Source: an uncultured delta proteobacterium
GTDB taxonomy: Bacteria > Desulfobacterota > Binatia > UBA9968
Direction of reading: 5' to 3'
Length of the DNA: 64,000 nt
Assembly: GCA_963840855.1 (NCBI GenBank)
Contig: CAWJBB010000033.1
Location: 32,001 to 96,000, forward strand
In this document: positions 1-10,816 of the stretch, in pieces
Layout of the letters: each line of letters starts with the position of its first letter
How positions within the stretch are numbered: position 1 is the stretch's first letter
Position numbers and translations under genes: made by a program
Notes under the pieces: generated by a model
The model's input: only the letters and a program-made list of their open reading frames with translations
The model's database searches: none
What the model was told of the DNA's origin: nothing

Positions 1-34
1 TGCGCGCAGCCAGTTCAATTAGTTTTTAGAATAT

Positions 35-406
35 ATGAGTTACCAAGACGATCCGCGGTTTTTTAAGGGAATTGAAGAATTCAACCAGCAGTTGTTCTTC
101 GAGTGTCACGAGACCCTTGAAGAGATCTGGCTTGAGGAACATGGCGAAGCACGGCCGTTTTTTCAGGGCATCATTCAAATCGCCGCCGGCTATTTCAAGT
201 TGCAGCAAGGGGTGCCGGCGGGCGCGGTTAAACTCTGGCGCACCGGTCTGGAAAAGATCGCGGCCTATCAGCCGGTGTATTTGGGAATGAACGTGGAAGC
301 CCTCATGCGCAGCGTCCAACGGAATTTAGCCGAGCTTGAGGACGCGCAACAACACGGCGGCCCAACGCCCGCGCTGGAAATTCCTTCTATACATCTCATC
401 TGCTGA
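35..406 (+). CDS. DUF309 family protein
   Basis: 123 aa ORF with the FFECHETLEEIW and FFQGIIQIAAGY motifs typical of DUF309. Confidence 0.85.
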   Translation: MSYQDDPRFFKGIEEFNQQLFFECHETLEEIWLEEHGEARPFFQGIIQIAAGYFKLQQGVPAGAVKLWRTGLEKIAAYQPVYLGMNVEALMRSVQRNLAELEDAQQHGGPTPALEIPSIHLIC

Positions 407-412
407 CGCTCT

Positions 413-1090
413 TTGATGATCCGCTGTACTGACGTTCGTAAAGTCTACCGCCAGGGCGAAGCTGAAATCATCGCTCTGGGGGGTGTCTCTCTGGAAATAC
501 CTCGGGGCTCGTTTGCCGCCATCATGGGGCCGAGCGGTTCCGGGAAAAGCACGTTGCTGCATCTGATCGGCGGCTTGGATCGTCCCAGCGCTGGCGAGTT
601 ACTGGTGGACGGGCGGCTGATAGCGCAAATGGCCGATGATGAGATAACGCTTTTTCGGCGCAAGCGAGTGGGTTTTGTGTTCCAGTTTTTCAATCTGCTG
701 CCGACATTGACGGCCTTTGAAAATACCGCGCTGCCCTTGGTTCTCGACGGGCGCTCGAAAACGCAAGCGGGTGAGCGCGCGCGCCAGCTCCTGGCCAAAG
801 TCGGTCTGGAGAAACGCGAGCACCACCTACCCGAAGAAATGTCGGGAGGAGAGGTCCAGCGCGTTGCTATTGCCCGGGCGTTGGCTTTTGGTCCGCCGAT
901 CCTGTTGGCCGACGAACCGACCGGCAATCTGGACTCGAAAACGGGAGAGGCGATCTTGTCGCTCTTACGCCGGATCAACGAAGAAGACGGTTGTACCGTC
1001 GTGATGGTCACGCATAGCAATGAGGCGGCGAGATACGGCCACCGTACGATCTTTCTCCGCGACGGCAGAGTGGAGAAGGAAACGGCGTAA
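413..1090 (+). CDS. ABC transporter ATP-binding protein (LolD/MacB type)
   Basis: Walker A GPSGSGKS, Q-loop GFVFQFFNL, signature MSGGE, Walker B ILLADEPTGNLD, switch MVTH; stop overlaps start of permease. Confidence 0.95.
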   Translation: MMIRCTDVRKVYRQGEAEIIALGGVSLEIPRGSFAAIMGPSGSGKSTLLHLIGGLDRPSAGELLVDGRLIAQMADDEITLFRRKRVGFVFQFFNLLPTLTAFENTALPLVLDGRSKTQAGERARQLLAKVGLEKREHHLPEEMSGGEVQRVAIARALAFGPPILLADEPTGNLDSKTGEAILSLLRRINEEDGCTVVMVTHSNEAARYGHRTIFLRDGRVEKETA

Positions 1091-3672
1091 TGTTCGCGCT
1101 CCTCAGCACTATCTCTTGGCGCCATGTCCGGCGCCACCGGCTAAGAACACTGCTGACTTTTGTGGGCATGGCCCTCGGTGTCGCGGTGATCGTGGCCATT
1201 GCGCTAGTCAATCGCTCGCTTAGCACTTCATTCCAGGCGACCATCGAGCAGATCGCGGGCAAAGCTGTCTTGCAGGTGTCCAACGCCGAAAGCGGGATGG
1301 CTGAGTCGATCTTTCCAACGATACGGGATACCGAGGGGGTTCAGCATGCCGCGGCGGCAGTCGAGGGCTTCTTGCCGGTGAGCGGTGTGGAGCGGGAGCG
1401 GCTCTATGTTCTCGGCGCGGATCTACTGACGGATTCCGCAGTGCGCGATCATCAGTTCACGGACTCCGGATTCGCTTTTGATCAGGCGCTGGACTTTATC
1501 GCCCAGCCGGATTCCATCGCGTTGACCGAGTCGTTCGCGCGCCGGTTCGGTCTTCGGATCGGCGCGCGCATTACGCTTAGCACCAGCGCTGGAAAGCAAA
1601 ATTACACGGTGCGCGCGCTGCTCAAAGAACAGGGCACGGCGAGGGTCTTCGGCGGTAATTTCGCGCTGATGGACCTGCCGGCGGCGCAGCGAGCCTTCGG
1701 CAAGGAGGGAAAACTCGACGTCGTCGATCTGACCGTGGAAGAGGGCAACAGGATAGAAGCCGTGCAAGAGCGCCTGCGCCTGCGCCTCAGCGGAATGGCG
1801 GAGGTGGAGCGGCCGAAAAAGCGCGGCGAGCAGATCGAGTCGCTGCTGACCTCCTTTCGCGTTGGGCTTTTCTTTGTGAGCTTGATCGCGCTGTTCGTCG
1901 GGTTTTTTCTTATCTACAACACGGTCGCGGTTTCGGTCGTGCAACGCAAGCGGGAGATCGGTACGCTGCGTTGCCTGGGCATGCGGCGGGGCGAATTGCT
2001 CCGTCTCGTCTTGAGCGAAGCGGTGATCCTTGCGCTCGTGGGGGCCGTCGCGGGTTGTTTTCTCGGTTGGGCGTTGGCGCAGGCCGCGCTGCTGGCCGTC
2101 GGCGAAACCGTGCGCAATCTGTTTTCGTCCATCGCGCTCGCCGGCAGCAGCCTGTCCGTGAATGAGTTGGCGTTGGCGCTGGCGAGCGCCGTCGGCGTCG
2201 CCCTGTTTGCGGCTTTGCATCCGGCCGTGGAAGCTATACGAATCAGCCCGTTGGAAAACGCCCGGCAAGCCGCGTGGCGACCGGTCTTTCACGGCAGAAA
2301 ATCTTGGGCGACTCGGCTCGGCTTTCTATGTCTCGTGGTTTCGCCGGCGCTGGTTTTCTTTGCGCCGTCTGTTGCCGGGGCGGTTCGGCAGTTCAGTGTA
2401 GGCATAGTCGGCATGTTGGTGTTTTTGCTCGGCCTTGCGTCCTTTAGTCCGCTGTTCATCAGTTTCGCGGCAAGGCAGTTCCAGCGTTGCGCGGCCGACA
2501 TTCCTGGACTGTCTTGGGCCGAAACCAGACTCGCGTCGGATAGCGTAATGAGAAATCCGTTGCGCTCGGGCATCACCGTTGCGACCATGATCATTAGCCT
2601 GGCGGCGATTTTTACCATCGCAGCCTTTATTAACAGCGTGCGCGGTTCACTGTTGGCGTGGGTGGATCAAATGGTCACCGCGGATATCATAGTAAGCTCG
2701 GGGGCAAGAACCGCCGGGCCGCGAAATGTGTCGCTGCGCGAAGATCCTTTGCCGGGTCTGAAAGCTCTGCCCGGCGTAACAATCGTTGATCTCTATCGTC
2801 TCGTTCGAGCGAACTATCAAGGGAGGACTATCGTCGTGGAATCTTTTTCCGCCGTGGAGTCGGCAAGCGTGCGCACTCTACCCATGGCCGAGGGCGACGG
2901 AACTAAAGCCTTGCGGGAAATGGCGGAAGGCAAGGGAGCGATCATCAGCGAAAGTTTTCAACGCAGGTTTGGCAAAGGCACCCATGACACCATCGAGCTT
3001 GCCACGCCATCCGGTCCGGTGGGCTTCAAGGTGCTGGGCATCTATGTCGACTATTCGTCAGACATCGGCAGCGTGCTGATGGACCGCGCACTCTACAAAA
3101 AATACTGGCGGGATGATCTCGTGGATGCGTTCGACTTGTGGTTGGAGCCGGGCGCGGACATGCAAGCGGTGATAGAAAAGATCAAAGCGGCCTATGGAGA
3201 AAAATACCAGCTGTTTGTGAGCACCCACCGGGAATTGCGAGACGCCGTGGTTAAAATCATGGAACAATCGTTTGTCGTCAACTACGCGGTTGAAATCGTC
3301 GCCATCGTGGTCGCCATCTTCAGTGTCATCAACACACTGCTCGCGTCGGTGATGGACCGGACACGAGAGATCGGCGTGCTGCGCGCCATCGGCGCAACCC
3401 GGGCGCAAATACGGCGCATGGTTCTTTTAGAAGCGGCCGCGATGGGACTCATGGGCGGCGTGCTCGGGTTGTTTGCCGGCACGATCATGGCTTACCATCA
3501 TGTGGTCTATAACACAAAGGTGCTAACCGGCTGGACCTTTCAATTTCACTACCCCTACGACGTAGCGCTGGTCGCGCTTATAGCGGCGGTGCTGCTCTGC
3601 CTCGCTGCCGGCTACGGTCCGGCTAAGCAGGCCGCGGCGACCCCCATCGTGAGCGCCATCGGATACGAATGA
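1090..3672 (+). CDS. ABC transporter permease with duplicated MacB_PCD/FtsX modules
   Basis: 860 aa; two repeats of TM + periplasmic domain + R..EIG.LR..G motif (QRKREIGTLRCLG, DRTREIGVLRAIG). Confidence 0.9.
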   Translation: MFALLSTISWRHVRRHRLRTLLTFVGMALGVAVIVAIALVNRSLSTSFQATIEQIAGKAVLQVSNAESGMAESIFPTIRDTEGVQHAAAAVEGFLPVSGVERERLYVLGADLLTDSAVRDHQFTDSGFAFDQALDFIAQPDSIALTESFARRFGLRIGARITLSTSAGKQNYTVRALLKEQGTARVFGGNFALMDLPAAQRAFGKEGKLDVVDLTVEEGNRIEAVQERLRLRLSGMAEVERPKKRGEQIESLLTSFRVGLFFVSLIALFVGFFLIYNTVAVSVVQRKREIGTLRCLGMRRGELLRLVLSEAVILALVGAVAGCFLGWALAQAALLAVGETVRNLFSSIALAGSSLSVNELALALASAVGVALFAALHPAVEAIRISPLENARQAAWRPVFHGRKSWATRLGFLCLVVSPALVFFAPSVAGAVRQFSVGIVGMLVFLLGLASFSPLFISFAARQFQRCAADIPGLSWAETRLASDSVMRNPLRSGITVATMIISLAAIFTIAAFINSVRGSLLAWVDQMVTADIIVSSGARTAGPRNVSLREDPLPGLKALPGVTIVDLYRLVRANYQGRTIVVESFSAVESASVRTLPMAEGDGTKALREMAEGKGAIISESFQRRFGKGTHDTIELATPSGPVGFKVLGIYVDYSSDIGSVLMDRALYKKYWRDDLVDAFDLWLEPGADMQAVIEKIKAAYGEKYQLFVSTHRELRDAVVKIMEQSFVVNYAVEIVAIVVAIFSVINTLLASVMDRTREIGVLRAIGATRAQIRRMVLLEAAAMGLMGGVLGLFAGTIMAYHHVVYNTKVLTGWTFQFHYPYDVALVALIAAVLLCLAAGYGPAKQAAATPIVSAIGYE

Positions 3673-3700
3673 CGCAAAAGACCTAACCACGGGCACAAAA

Positions 3701-3961
3701 TTACCGCCACCGCAGGTTCAAATCGTTCCAGCCGTCCAATAATCCGGCGGTCGTTTTGAGCGGTCCTTGAATGGCGCCCTCAGCGCGCGCCAATGAAAAA
3801 ACCAGAGAGGTAGCAGCGCGAGTCAAACCTAACTCTTGTGTCACCGGCAAAAAGAAGATGGTGAAGCCGTAAGCATGAAGCCCGCCGCCAAGAAGCCGGA
3901 TGGCGCAACTGGCGCCGATCATGCGCCAGCCATAAAAGAGACTCGTGAACTTATTCAACAA
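3701..3961 (-). pseudogene. 3'-truncated paralog of the adjacent MFS transporter
   Basis: First ~68 aa (LFYGW...GFTIFFLPVTQELGLTRAATSLVFSLARAEGAIQGPL) closely match the N-terminus of the upstream MFS, then run into GTTCAA-like repeat sequence and stop. Confidence 0.85.
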
Positions 3962-3968
3962 GCAAATC

Positions 3969-5249
3969 CTAAGTTTGCGGTTTAGGTCTCGTCAACATAA
4001 AGTACAGCGCTCCGGAAACCAGCGAAAGCGCGATGAATCCAGACATCAATGGACTATAGCTCTGATAGTGATCATAGACCGCGCCGGCAATGACCGGTCC
4101 GAAAGCCGGACCCCATAGATAGAAAAAGCTCATGGTGCCGCGGATCGTCGCGAAGGACTTGCGGCCGAAAAAATCGCCGACGGTGGCCCAGCCCACCGGA
4201 AAGATCGATTCCATGAACGTAAACAGCAGGGTAAAAACCCATAACGCCCATTCACCATCACCGTAGGCGAGAAAAAAAATCGACGCCGCGCCGATGGTCA
4301 TGCACAGACCCATCAGTCTGGGCTTGCTCACGTGGTCGGCAATCCAGCCGACGAGCAGATGAGACGGCAGGCTCATAAGGGCCATAGCCGCGAGCAAGGC
4401 GGCGGCGCGTTGCTCCGATACGCCGCGCCACACCATGATCGGAATAAAATGCACGGTGATGGCATTGAACACCGCGACGCGGGTGGTGGTGGCAAGTATG
4501 ATCATCCAGAAGGCCGAGGTTCGCATCGCCTGGTTTAAAGTAAAGTCGGCTTCCGGGCTTTGGCTCGGCGAATCTTTTGTACCTGGCGCCTTGGAGTGAT
4601 AATCGGGCTGGGTAGCCGACGGTGCGGCGCCATCGGGCAGCATGCCCAAGCTCTCCGGCGAACGCTTGACGAACAGCGCCACGGGGACCCCAACCAGAAT
4701 CAAGCCAACGCCGGACAAGAATGCGCCCCAACGCCAGCCCCAGGTATGGACGGTGAAGGCGAGCAGCGGCGTGATCAGCGTGCCGCCAATGCCGATGGCG
4801 GAGCTGACCAGCGTCATGGCAAGAGCGCGCCGGCGGATAAACCAGGTGTTGGCCAAAACCATCGGCGAATGCATGAAGCCGGCGGAAAACGACAGCGAGA
4901 TGACGCCGAGATAGACGACGAGAAAGCCATAGTAGGTTTCAATCGTCGCGAGCAGCATGTAACCGATGCCGGACAGGATAACTCCGGCCAGGATCATCGG
5001 GCGCGGACCGAGGCGGTCGATCAGATAGCCGGCCAGCGGACCTTCGATGGCCCCTTCGGCGCGGGCCAAGGAAAAGACGAGCGAGGTAGCCGCGCGACTC
5101 AGCCCCAGTTCCTGAGTGATGGGTAGGAAGAAGACAGTGAAGCCATAGAGATGGAATCCGCCGCCAAGCATGCGAATGCCGCAGCCGACGGCAACCATCC
5201 ACCAGCCGTAAAAAAGACCATTGAGTCGCGCGGTGAATTTTTCGATCAT
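3969..5249 (-). CDS. MFS transporter (OFA/MCT-like)
   Basis: Motif A GYLIDRLGPR, multiple hydrophobic segments, central loop. Start reassigned to ATG at 5249 (MIEKFTARLNGLFYGW) by alignment to the truncated paralog; the ORF-track extension to 5351 crosses a REP-like element. Confidence 0.9.
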   Translation of the reverse strand: MIEKFTARLNGLFYGWWMVAVGCGIRMLGGGFHLYGFTVFFLPITQELGLSRAATSLVFSLARAEGAIEGPLAGYLIDRLGPRPMILAGVILSGIGYMLLATIETYYGFLVVYLGVISLSFSAGFMHSPMVLANTWFIRRRALAMTLVSSAIGIGGTLITPLLAFTVHTWGWRWGAFLSGVGLILVGVPVALFVKRSPESLGMLPDGAAPSATQPDYHSKAPGTKDSPSQSPEADFTLNQAMRTSAFWMIILATTTRVAVFNAITVHFIPIMVWRGVSEQRAAALLAAMALMSLPSHLLVGWIADHVSKPRLMGLCMTIGAASIFFLAYGDGEWALWVFTLLFTFMESIFPVGWATVGDFFGRKSFATIRGTMSFFYLWGPAFGPVIAGAVYDHYQSYSPLMSGFIALSLVSGALYFMLTRPKPQT

Positions 5250-5267
5250 TAATCCGGTAAAAGGGAC

Positions 5268-5297
5268 CCAGGCCCTTCGACTGCGCTCAGGGGCTGG
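5268..5297. repeat. REP-like palindromic element (CCCTTCGACTGCGCTCAGGG type)
   Basis: ccaggcccttcgactgcgctcaggggctgg; related to the halves of the elements at 39315-39382 and 44676-44704. Confidence 0.55.
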
Positions 5298-5351
5298 CCG
5301 GACGGGCATAAAATCCGGAAGGCGTTGGCCGGGCGCGATGATTTCGTTCAA

Positions 5352-5379
5352 ATTATCCGACAGCCCGGCGCAATGTCAA
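5352..5379 (-). promoter_or_regulatory. candidate sigma70 promoter for the MFS gene
   Basis: Minus strand TTGACA-N16-GATAAT, about 100 nt upstream of the reassigned start. Confidence 0.4.
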
Positions 5380-5467
5380 CGCTAGGTTAAGACCCCAACG
5401 CTGATGTTTGTTCTTCATTGGTGTATAAAAGTTTCTAACCGAGAGCGCAAAACGAAAGGAAGGCGCG

Positions 5468-6473
5468 GTGAAACACAGGATTACATTGATTCCGGGCGAC
5501 GGCATCGGCCCCGAGGTGATGAAGCCGACGCTTAAAATTATCAAGGTGGCCGGCGTGAACGTCGAGTGGCACAGTCACCTGGCCGGAGCCACGGCGCTAA
5601 AAAAACATGGGACGACGATTCCGCAGAAACTCATGGACTCCTTTGAGCGCGACAAGGTTGCCCTCAAAGGACCGGTGACGACTCCGGTGGGGGAGGGCTT
5701 CGCGAGCGTTAATGTCGAACTGCGCCAGAGCTTCGACCTTTACGCTAACCTCCGGCCCATCAAGAATCTTCCGGGCGTCAAGGCGCGCTATGAAAACGTC
5801 GATCTCATCGTCGTGCGCGAAAATACCGAGGGGCTTTATTCTGGTATCGAACATGAAGTCGTACCGGGGGTGATGGAAAGCCTGAAAATCATCACTGAGA
5901 AGGCGTCCACGCGAATTGCCCGCTTCGCCTTCGACTACGCGCGCGCCCACGGGCGCAAGAAAGTCGCGGCGGTGCATAAAGCCAATATCATGAAACTCAC
6001 CGACGGCTTGTTTCTTCAATGCGCGAGGAACATGGCGCCGCGCTACCATAAAGATCGCCTTCAGCGATCTCATTGTGGACAACGCTTGCCTGCAGCTAGT
6101 TCTGGACCCGACGCGTTTCGATGTCTTGCTGCTAGAAAATCTTTACGGCGACATCGTCTCGGATTTGGCGGCGGGACTGGTGGGCGGTCTGGGCGTCGTC
6201 CCAGGCGCCAATTTGAGCAACACCCACGCGCTGTTCGAGAGCGTGCATGGCAGCGCGCCGGACATCCAGGGCAAGAATATCGCCAATCCAACGGCGCTGA
6301 TCCTCGCCGCCGTGATGATGCTCGAACATATCGGGGAAAAAAAGGCGGCGACGCGCATCTCCGGCGCTCTCGAGGCGGTGTTGAGAAAAGGCGAGCACTT
6401 AACCCCCGATCTCGGCGGCAGCGCGACCACGACGAAATTTGCCGATGCGATCATGCGGGAGATTGAACGATAA
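5468..6473 (+). CDS. isocitrate/isopropylmalate dehydrogenase family (NAD-IDH-like), one frameshift near 6050
   Basis: ITLIPGDGIGPEV, VRENTEGLY and VHKANIMK in ORF 5468; continues in ORF 6075 with VDNACLQLV, NLYGDIVSDL, ESVHGSAPDI, TPDLGG. Confidence 0.9.
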
Positions 6474-6496
6474 GGAGGAAAACAATTTACTCGAGA

Positions 6497-7651
6497 TCAA
6501 CCATCGCACACCACCCATTCCCTTGGAAAGGCGTTCAGACTCTCACAGCCGTTTTTTTTGACGACCAGTGTTTCGCCGAACTGCAGGCCCATTTTTTCGT
6601 CGTAAGTCATGAGATTCGGCTGAATTACGATGACCATGTTTTCGCGGAAAACCAACTCCCGCGACTCATGGCGTTTGCGCGTCTTGGTCTGGAAGATCGG
6701 CGGGTATTGATTGACGCCATGCACGAGGTCGTCGTAGGTGCTATAGCCGCGCTCGTGAATGATCTCCGCCGCTTCTTCGGCTTCCGTGGTCGTCGCGCCG
6801 TCTTTGATGACCTTGGACAATACCTCGAAGGCTTCCATCGCCGCGTCATGCATTTTTCGCCATTCCGGCGTCGGCCCCTCGCCGATCGAAAAGGTCCGGT
6901 GAATCTGGCCGCTGTACCCTGAGTAAGCGCCGCTGATCTCGGTGATCAAACAGTCGCCTTTTTGCAGCTTGCGGTTGGACTGAAACTGCGACGGCACGGG
7001 AAAATCCGGCTCGCGCATCGCCATGCTGCTCATGAAGTGAATGCCCGCGTAACCGCCTTGCTTCAAATAGACCGGCTCGATGATTGCCGGAATCTCATCT
7101 TCGCGCATGCCGGCTTTCAATTCCTCGGCCAGCGCCTCTATGGACTGATCCGTCAGCTTCGAAGCCATGTGGATGCGTTCGACTTCTTCGGGGCTTTTTA
7201 TCGTCCGCATCATGCGCAACTTGCCGCCCAAATCGACAAAAATCGCATTCGGATATTTTTCCCGCAGGCTGTTGTAGAGCTGAAAGCCGATGGACCCAGC
7301 CAGCCCGATCTTTTTCGCTTCCAAGCCGCGCTCGCCAATCAATTCCATGACACTTCTGTTGGTATTGGCGCCGGCCCAGCGGACATCGTTGATCCACGAC
7401 ATGACTCTTGCCATCGGAAAATGATTGAAAAGCTGCATTAAAATCACCGGTTCTTTGCCGCTCTGCATGAGTAGATAGGCTTCGCGGCTGCTCGGCCAAT
7501 CGCTGAGCCAGTAGATGTCCGACGCATAGCGGCCGCTGCCGTAGAGGAGTAGCGCGTCGACACCCTCCTGTTCCATCAAGCCGTAAACCGCCTGATGCCT
7601 TCCTTTGAGCTCTTGGTCGGAAAAAGTCGGATAGTCCTGTCTTTGCCGCAT
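6497..7651 (-). CDS. M24 (Xaa-Pro peptidase/creatinase) fold protein
   Basis: N-terminal creatinase-like domain, R.IKSPEE linker, pita-bread domain with altered metal ligands. Confidence 0.8.
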   Translation of the reverse strand: MRQRQDYPTFSDQELKGRHQAVYGLMEQEGVDALLLYGSGRYASDIYWLSDWPSSREAYLLMQSGKEPVILMQLFNHFPMARVMSWINDVRWAGANTNRSVMELIGERGLEAKKIGLAGSIGFQLYNSLREKYPNAIFVDLGGKLRMMRTIKSPEEVERIHMASKLTDQSIEALAEELKAGMREDEIPAIIEPVYLKQGGYAGIHFMSSMAMREPDFPVPSQFQSNRKLQKGDCLITEISGAYSGYSGQIHRTFSIGEGPTPEWRKMHDAAMEAFEVLSKVIKDGATTTEAEEAAEIIHERGYSTYDDLVHGVNQYPPIFQTKTRKRHESRELVFRENMVIVIQPNLMTYDEKMGLQFGETLVVKKNGCESLNAFPREWVVCDG

Positions 7652-7975
7652 CGTGAAGCCCTCCTGATCGTCATGCGTTTAGCTGTCATTTCTGTAGCAC
7701 CGATGGGATTGGCGGCGCAACCAACGTTGCCTAGGTCGCCGTTACGCTGCTGCAAAGGTGGGGACGGCTATACCACGGAACCTCCGCCAGTCATCCGGAT
7801 CGGCTGCTTTACTCCTTCACGCGCCTAAGGATTCCTCGGAATGGTTTAAGAAACTAACGATAATCCCGATATTTCATTTGACCTAACCCCAAGTTCCAGG
7901 CCCACGTCCCGCATGGTGATTTCATTGGCGATGGATGCAAGTCGGGATTGCGGACGGCGAGGCGGGTCATGTGTT

Positions 7976-10612
7976 ATGAAGTGCAACTCCAAGAAACCGA
8001 AGCTAAGGTCGCAAACCAGCGTGCGCCGGCGCAGGCCGCACGCGAAAAAAACTCGCAGGACCGTTGGCAGTGAGAAGAAGCTCCAGCGTCTAACCAAGAT
8101 GCTCAAGGAGCTTGTGAGCCGTTTATCAAAATCCATCGTAGCCAAAGATCACTTAAAGGCGGAAAAGGCCAAGTTAAAAAAAACCGCCGCTGAATTGGCG
8201 CGCGAGATCTCCGAGCGCAAACTGGCGGAGGAATGGACGCGGCGGCATGAAGCGCATTTTCGCTCGATGATCGACAGTGTCAAGGAGCATGCGATTATTC
8301 TGCTGGATTACGACGGGCGCATCGTGAGCTGGAACCAAGGGGCGGAGCTGATTACGGGATATGGAACCGAAGAGATTCTCGGTAAACACGTCATCTGTTT
8401 CAATCCAGCTGAAGACCTTGAGGGTAGTGCTGAAGAGATTTTAAAGACGGCGCTGGCCGCGGGCCAGTGGGTGGGCGAAGGCTGGCGGGTGCGTAAAGAC
8501 GGCAGCCGGTTTTGGGCGAGCGTCGTCGTCACCGCGGTGCGCGACGGCACGGACACCCTGCTTGGTTTTACTAATGTCATGGGCGATCTGACCCGACGCA
8601 AGCAAGCGGCGGGAGCAATTCAGCTTGCCAAAGAAGAGGCGGAGGCAGCCAACCAGGCCAAGTCAGATTTCCTGGCTAACGTCAGCCACGAAGTACGCAC
8701 TCCCATGACCGGGATCATCGGCATGGCCGGCCTGCTTGCCGAGACTGAACTGTCCGCGAAACAGCGAGAATATTGTGAAATCATCCGGCACTCCAGCGAA
8801 TCTCTGCTCACGGTGATCAACGAGATTTTGGATTTTTCCAAAGCCGAGGCCGGCAAAATGGAGCTTGAGATCATCGACTTCGATCTGCGCACCGCCGTAG
8901 AGGATGTTACGGGACTTTTTGGCTCACAGGCGGCGGACAAAGAGATCGAGCTGATCAACTTCGTCCGTTATGACGTGCCGACGGCGCTCAAGGGGGACCC
9001 TGGAAGGCTACGACAGGTTCTCTCCAATCTGGTCAACAATGCTCTCAAGTTCACAGTCAAGGGCGAAGTGGTTTTGCGAGTCAAAGTTGTCGAGCAGAAC
9101 GCCGCGGTGGCCAAGCTGCGATTCGAAGTGGCGGATACGGGTATCGGTATTCCCGAAGGCGACATCGATCATCTCTTCAATCCCTTTACCCAGGCGGATG
9201 CCTCCACCACTCGCAAATACGGCGGGACCGGGCTTGGGCTCGCCATCTGCAAGAAATTCATCGCGCTCATGGGCGGCGAAATCGGCGTTGAGAGTGAGAT
9301 CGGAAAGGGTAGTACTTTTTGGTTCACCCTGCCGTTGCTAAAGCAACGTAAGGCCACACGGCAAGCTTCCAAGCCACGCCACAACCTCGCAGGTTTGAGT
9401 GCTCTCGTGGTTGAGAGCAGCGCGAGCAGCCGCGAGGTTTTGGACCATTACCTCGACGCGTTAGGGATCAAATGCCGCTGCGCGGACAATTGCGCGGTCG
9501 CTTTGGAATTGCTGCGCCGCGCCGCCGCCCACGACGAGCCTTATGACTTGGTGATCTTGGACTCAAAATTACTTGCGATGGATGGTTTAGTGCTGGCCCA
9601 CACTATCCGCCAAGATGCAACGACCGGCGCGCCAAAGCTTATGCTCTTGACCGCGGTGGGAAAACGGGGCGACGCTAAACTTGCCGAGGAGGCCGGATTT
9701 GACGCCTATCTGACCAAGCCAGTCAGCTTCTCATGTCTAACCGACTGCCTTGCCTTTGTGGCCGGAGAAGCGCCAGCGGCCGGGGCATACGGGCCTCTGG
9801 TTACACGCCATATGGTGGCTGAGGTGAAAGGGCAAAATCGGGTTCGGGTTCTGGTCGCTGACGACAATCACATAAATCAGAAGGTAGTGGCAAGCTTGTT
9901 GGAAAACATGGGCCACCGAGCCGATGTGGTCGCCAGCGGCAGGGAGGCTTTGGAAGCATTTATCCTCGTACCCTACGACGTCGTGCTCATGGATGTGCAA
10001 CTGGCGGAAATGGACGGCGTCGAGACTTGCCGCCGCATTCGCATTCTGGCCAATGAGACTGGGCGCCGCACGTTCGTCGTCGCCGTAACCGCCCACGCTA
10101 TGAAAGGGGACCGGGAAAAGTATCTTGGGGCGGGCTTCGACGGTTACGTCTCCAAACCGGTCAACCCTCAGGAGCTCAAAGCTGTTATTGACTCAAGGAC
10201 CACCGGCGATTCGTCGATGGCGTCATCCAAGGTGGCAGCGGAGCCTCTGGCCGTTCTCAATCTCTCGGAGGCCTTGGCCCGGGTCGAGGGGAACCGCGAA
10301 TTACTTGCCAAAGTTGCCCGCGTATTTCTTGAGATTTATCCGAAATTGCTCGAAGAGTCTCAGAAGGCCGTTGCAGGAGCGGACTGCGACCTGCTCGCAC
10401 GAGCCGCCCGCACCATTGCCTCGTCGGCTGGGCAAATAGGGGCGGGCAGGGTCCGTGCGGCCGCTAAGAAACTGGAAGCACTGAGCCGCCAGGGTGATTT
10501 ATCCGACGCCCCTGATGCCCTGAATAAACTCGATAGCGAAATTCGCTTGGTCGAGTCCGCCATTGTTGAACCGTCTAACCCGGATTATTCATGGCTTCGC
10601 AACGAGGCGTAA
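7976..10612 (+). CDS. cytoplasmic hybrid sensor histidine kinase (PAS-HisKA-HATPase-REC-REC-Hpt-like)
   Basis: PAS (SWNQGAE...RKDGSRFW), H-box [14 protein letters not shown] boxes [22 protein letters not shown], two receiver domains, C-terminal Hpt-like helix bundle. Start uncertain (7913-7976). Confidence 0.92.
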   Translation: MKCNSKKPKLRSQTSVRRRRPHAKKTRRTVGSEKKLQRLTKMLKELVSRLSKSIVAKDHLKAEKAKLKKTAAELAREISERKLAEEWTRRHEAHFRSMIDSVKEHAIILLDYDGRIVSWNQGAELITGYGTEEILGKHVICFNPAEDLEGSAEEILKTALAAGQWVGEGWRVRKDGSRFWASVVVTAVRDGTDTLLGFTNVMGDLTRRKQAAGAIQLAKEEAEAANQAKSDFLANVSHEVRTPMTGIIGMAGLLAETELSAKQREYCEIIRHSSESLLTVINEILDFSKAEAGKMELEIIDFDLRTAVEDVTGLFGSQAADKEIELINFVRYDVPTALKGDPGRLRQVLSNLVNNALKFTVKGEVVLRVKVVEQNAAVAKLRFEVADTGIGIPEGDIDHLFNPFTQADASTTRKYGGTGLGLAICKKFIALMGGEIGVESEIGKGSTFWFTLPLLKQRKATRQASKPRHNLAGLSALVVESSASSREVLDHYLDALGIKCRCADNCAVALELLRRAAAHDEPYDLVILDSKLLAMDGLVLAHTIRQDATTGAPKLMLLTAVGKRGDAKLAEEAGFDAYLTKPVSFSCLTDCLAFVAGEAPAAGAYGPLVTRHMVAEVKGQNRVRVLVADDNHINQKVVASLLENMGHRADVVASGREALEAFILVPYDVVLMDVQLAEMDGVETCRRIRILANETGRRTFVVAVTAHAMKGDREKYLGAGFDGYVSKPVNPQELKAVIDSRTTGDSSMASSKVAAEPLAVLNLSEALARVEGNRELLAKVARVFLEIYPKLLEESQKAVAGADCDLLARAARTIASSAGQIGAGRVRAAAKKLEALSRQGDLSDAPDALNKLDSEIRLVESAIVEPSNPDYSWLRNEA

Positions 10613-10816
10613 GCCCCTGGTGCCATCACAGGACTTTTTCCACTCGGTTAACTGCTCTGCCGAATCCCCCAAACGGCAATTGTATCTCCCTTTGGCACGC
10701 TGCATCCGGCTAGCTTCTGGCACGTGCGCTGAAAAACTCTGTCGCCAGGCTGTTAGACATTTCTTCCCTACCGTGAGAACCTTTTGGTTACGAATTCCAT
10801 TCCTGGGAGACTGTTT

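Noticed and set aside
10690-10725. Two TGGCACG motifs as sigma54 promoters for the methyltransferase
   Set aside because: Neither has the GC at the -12 position with correct spacing.
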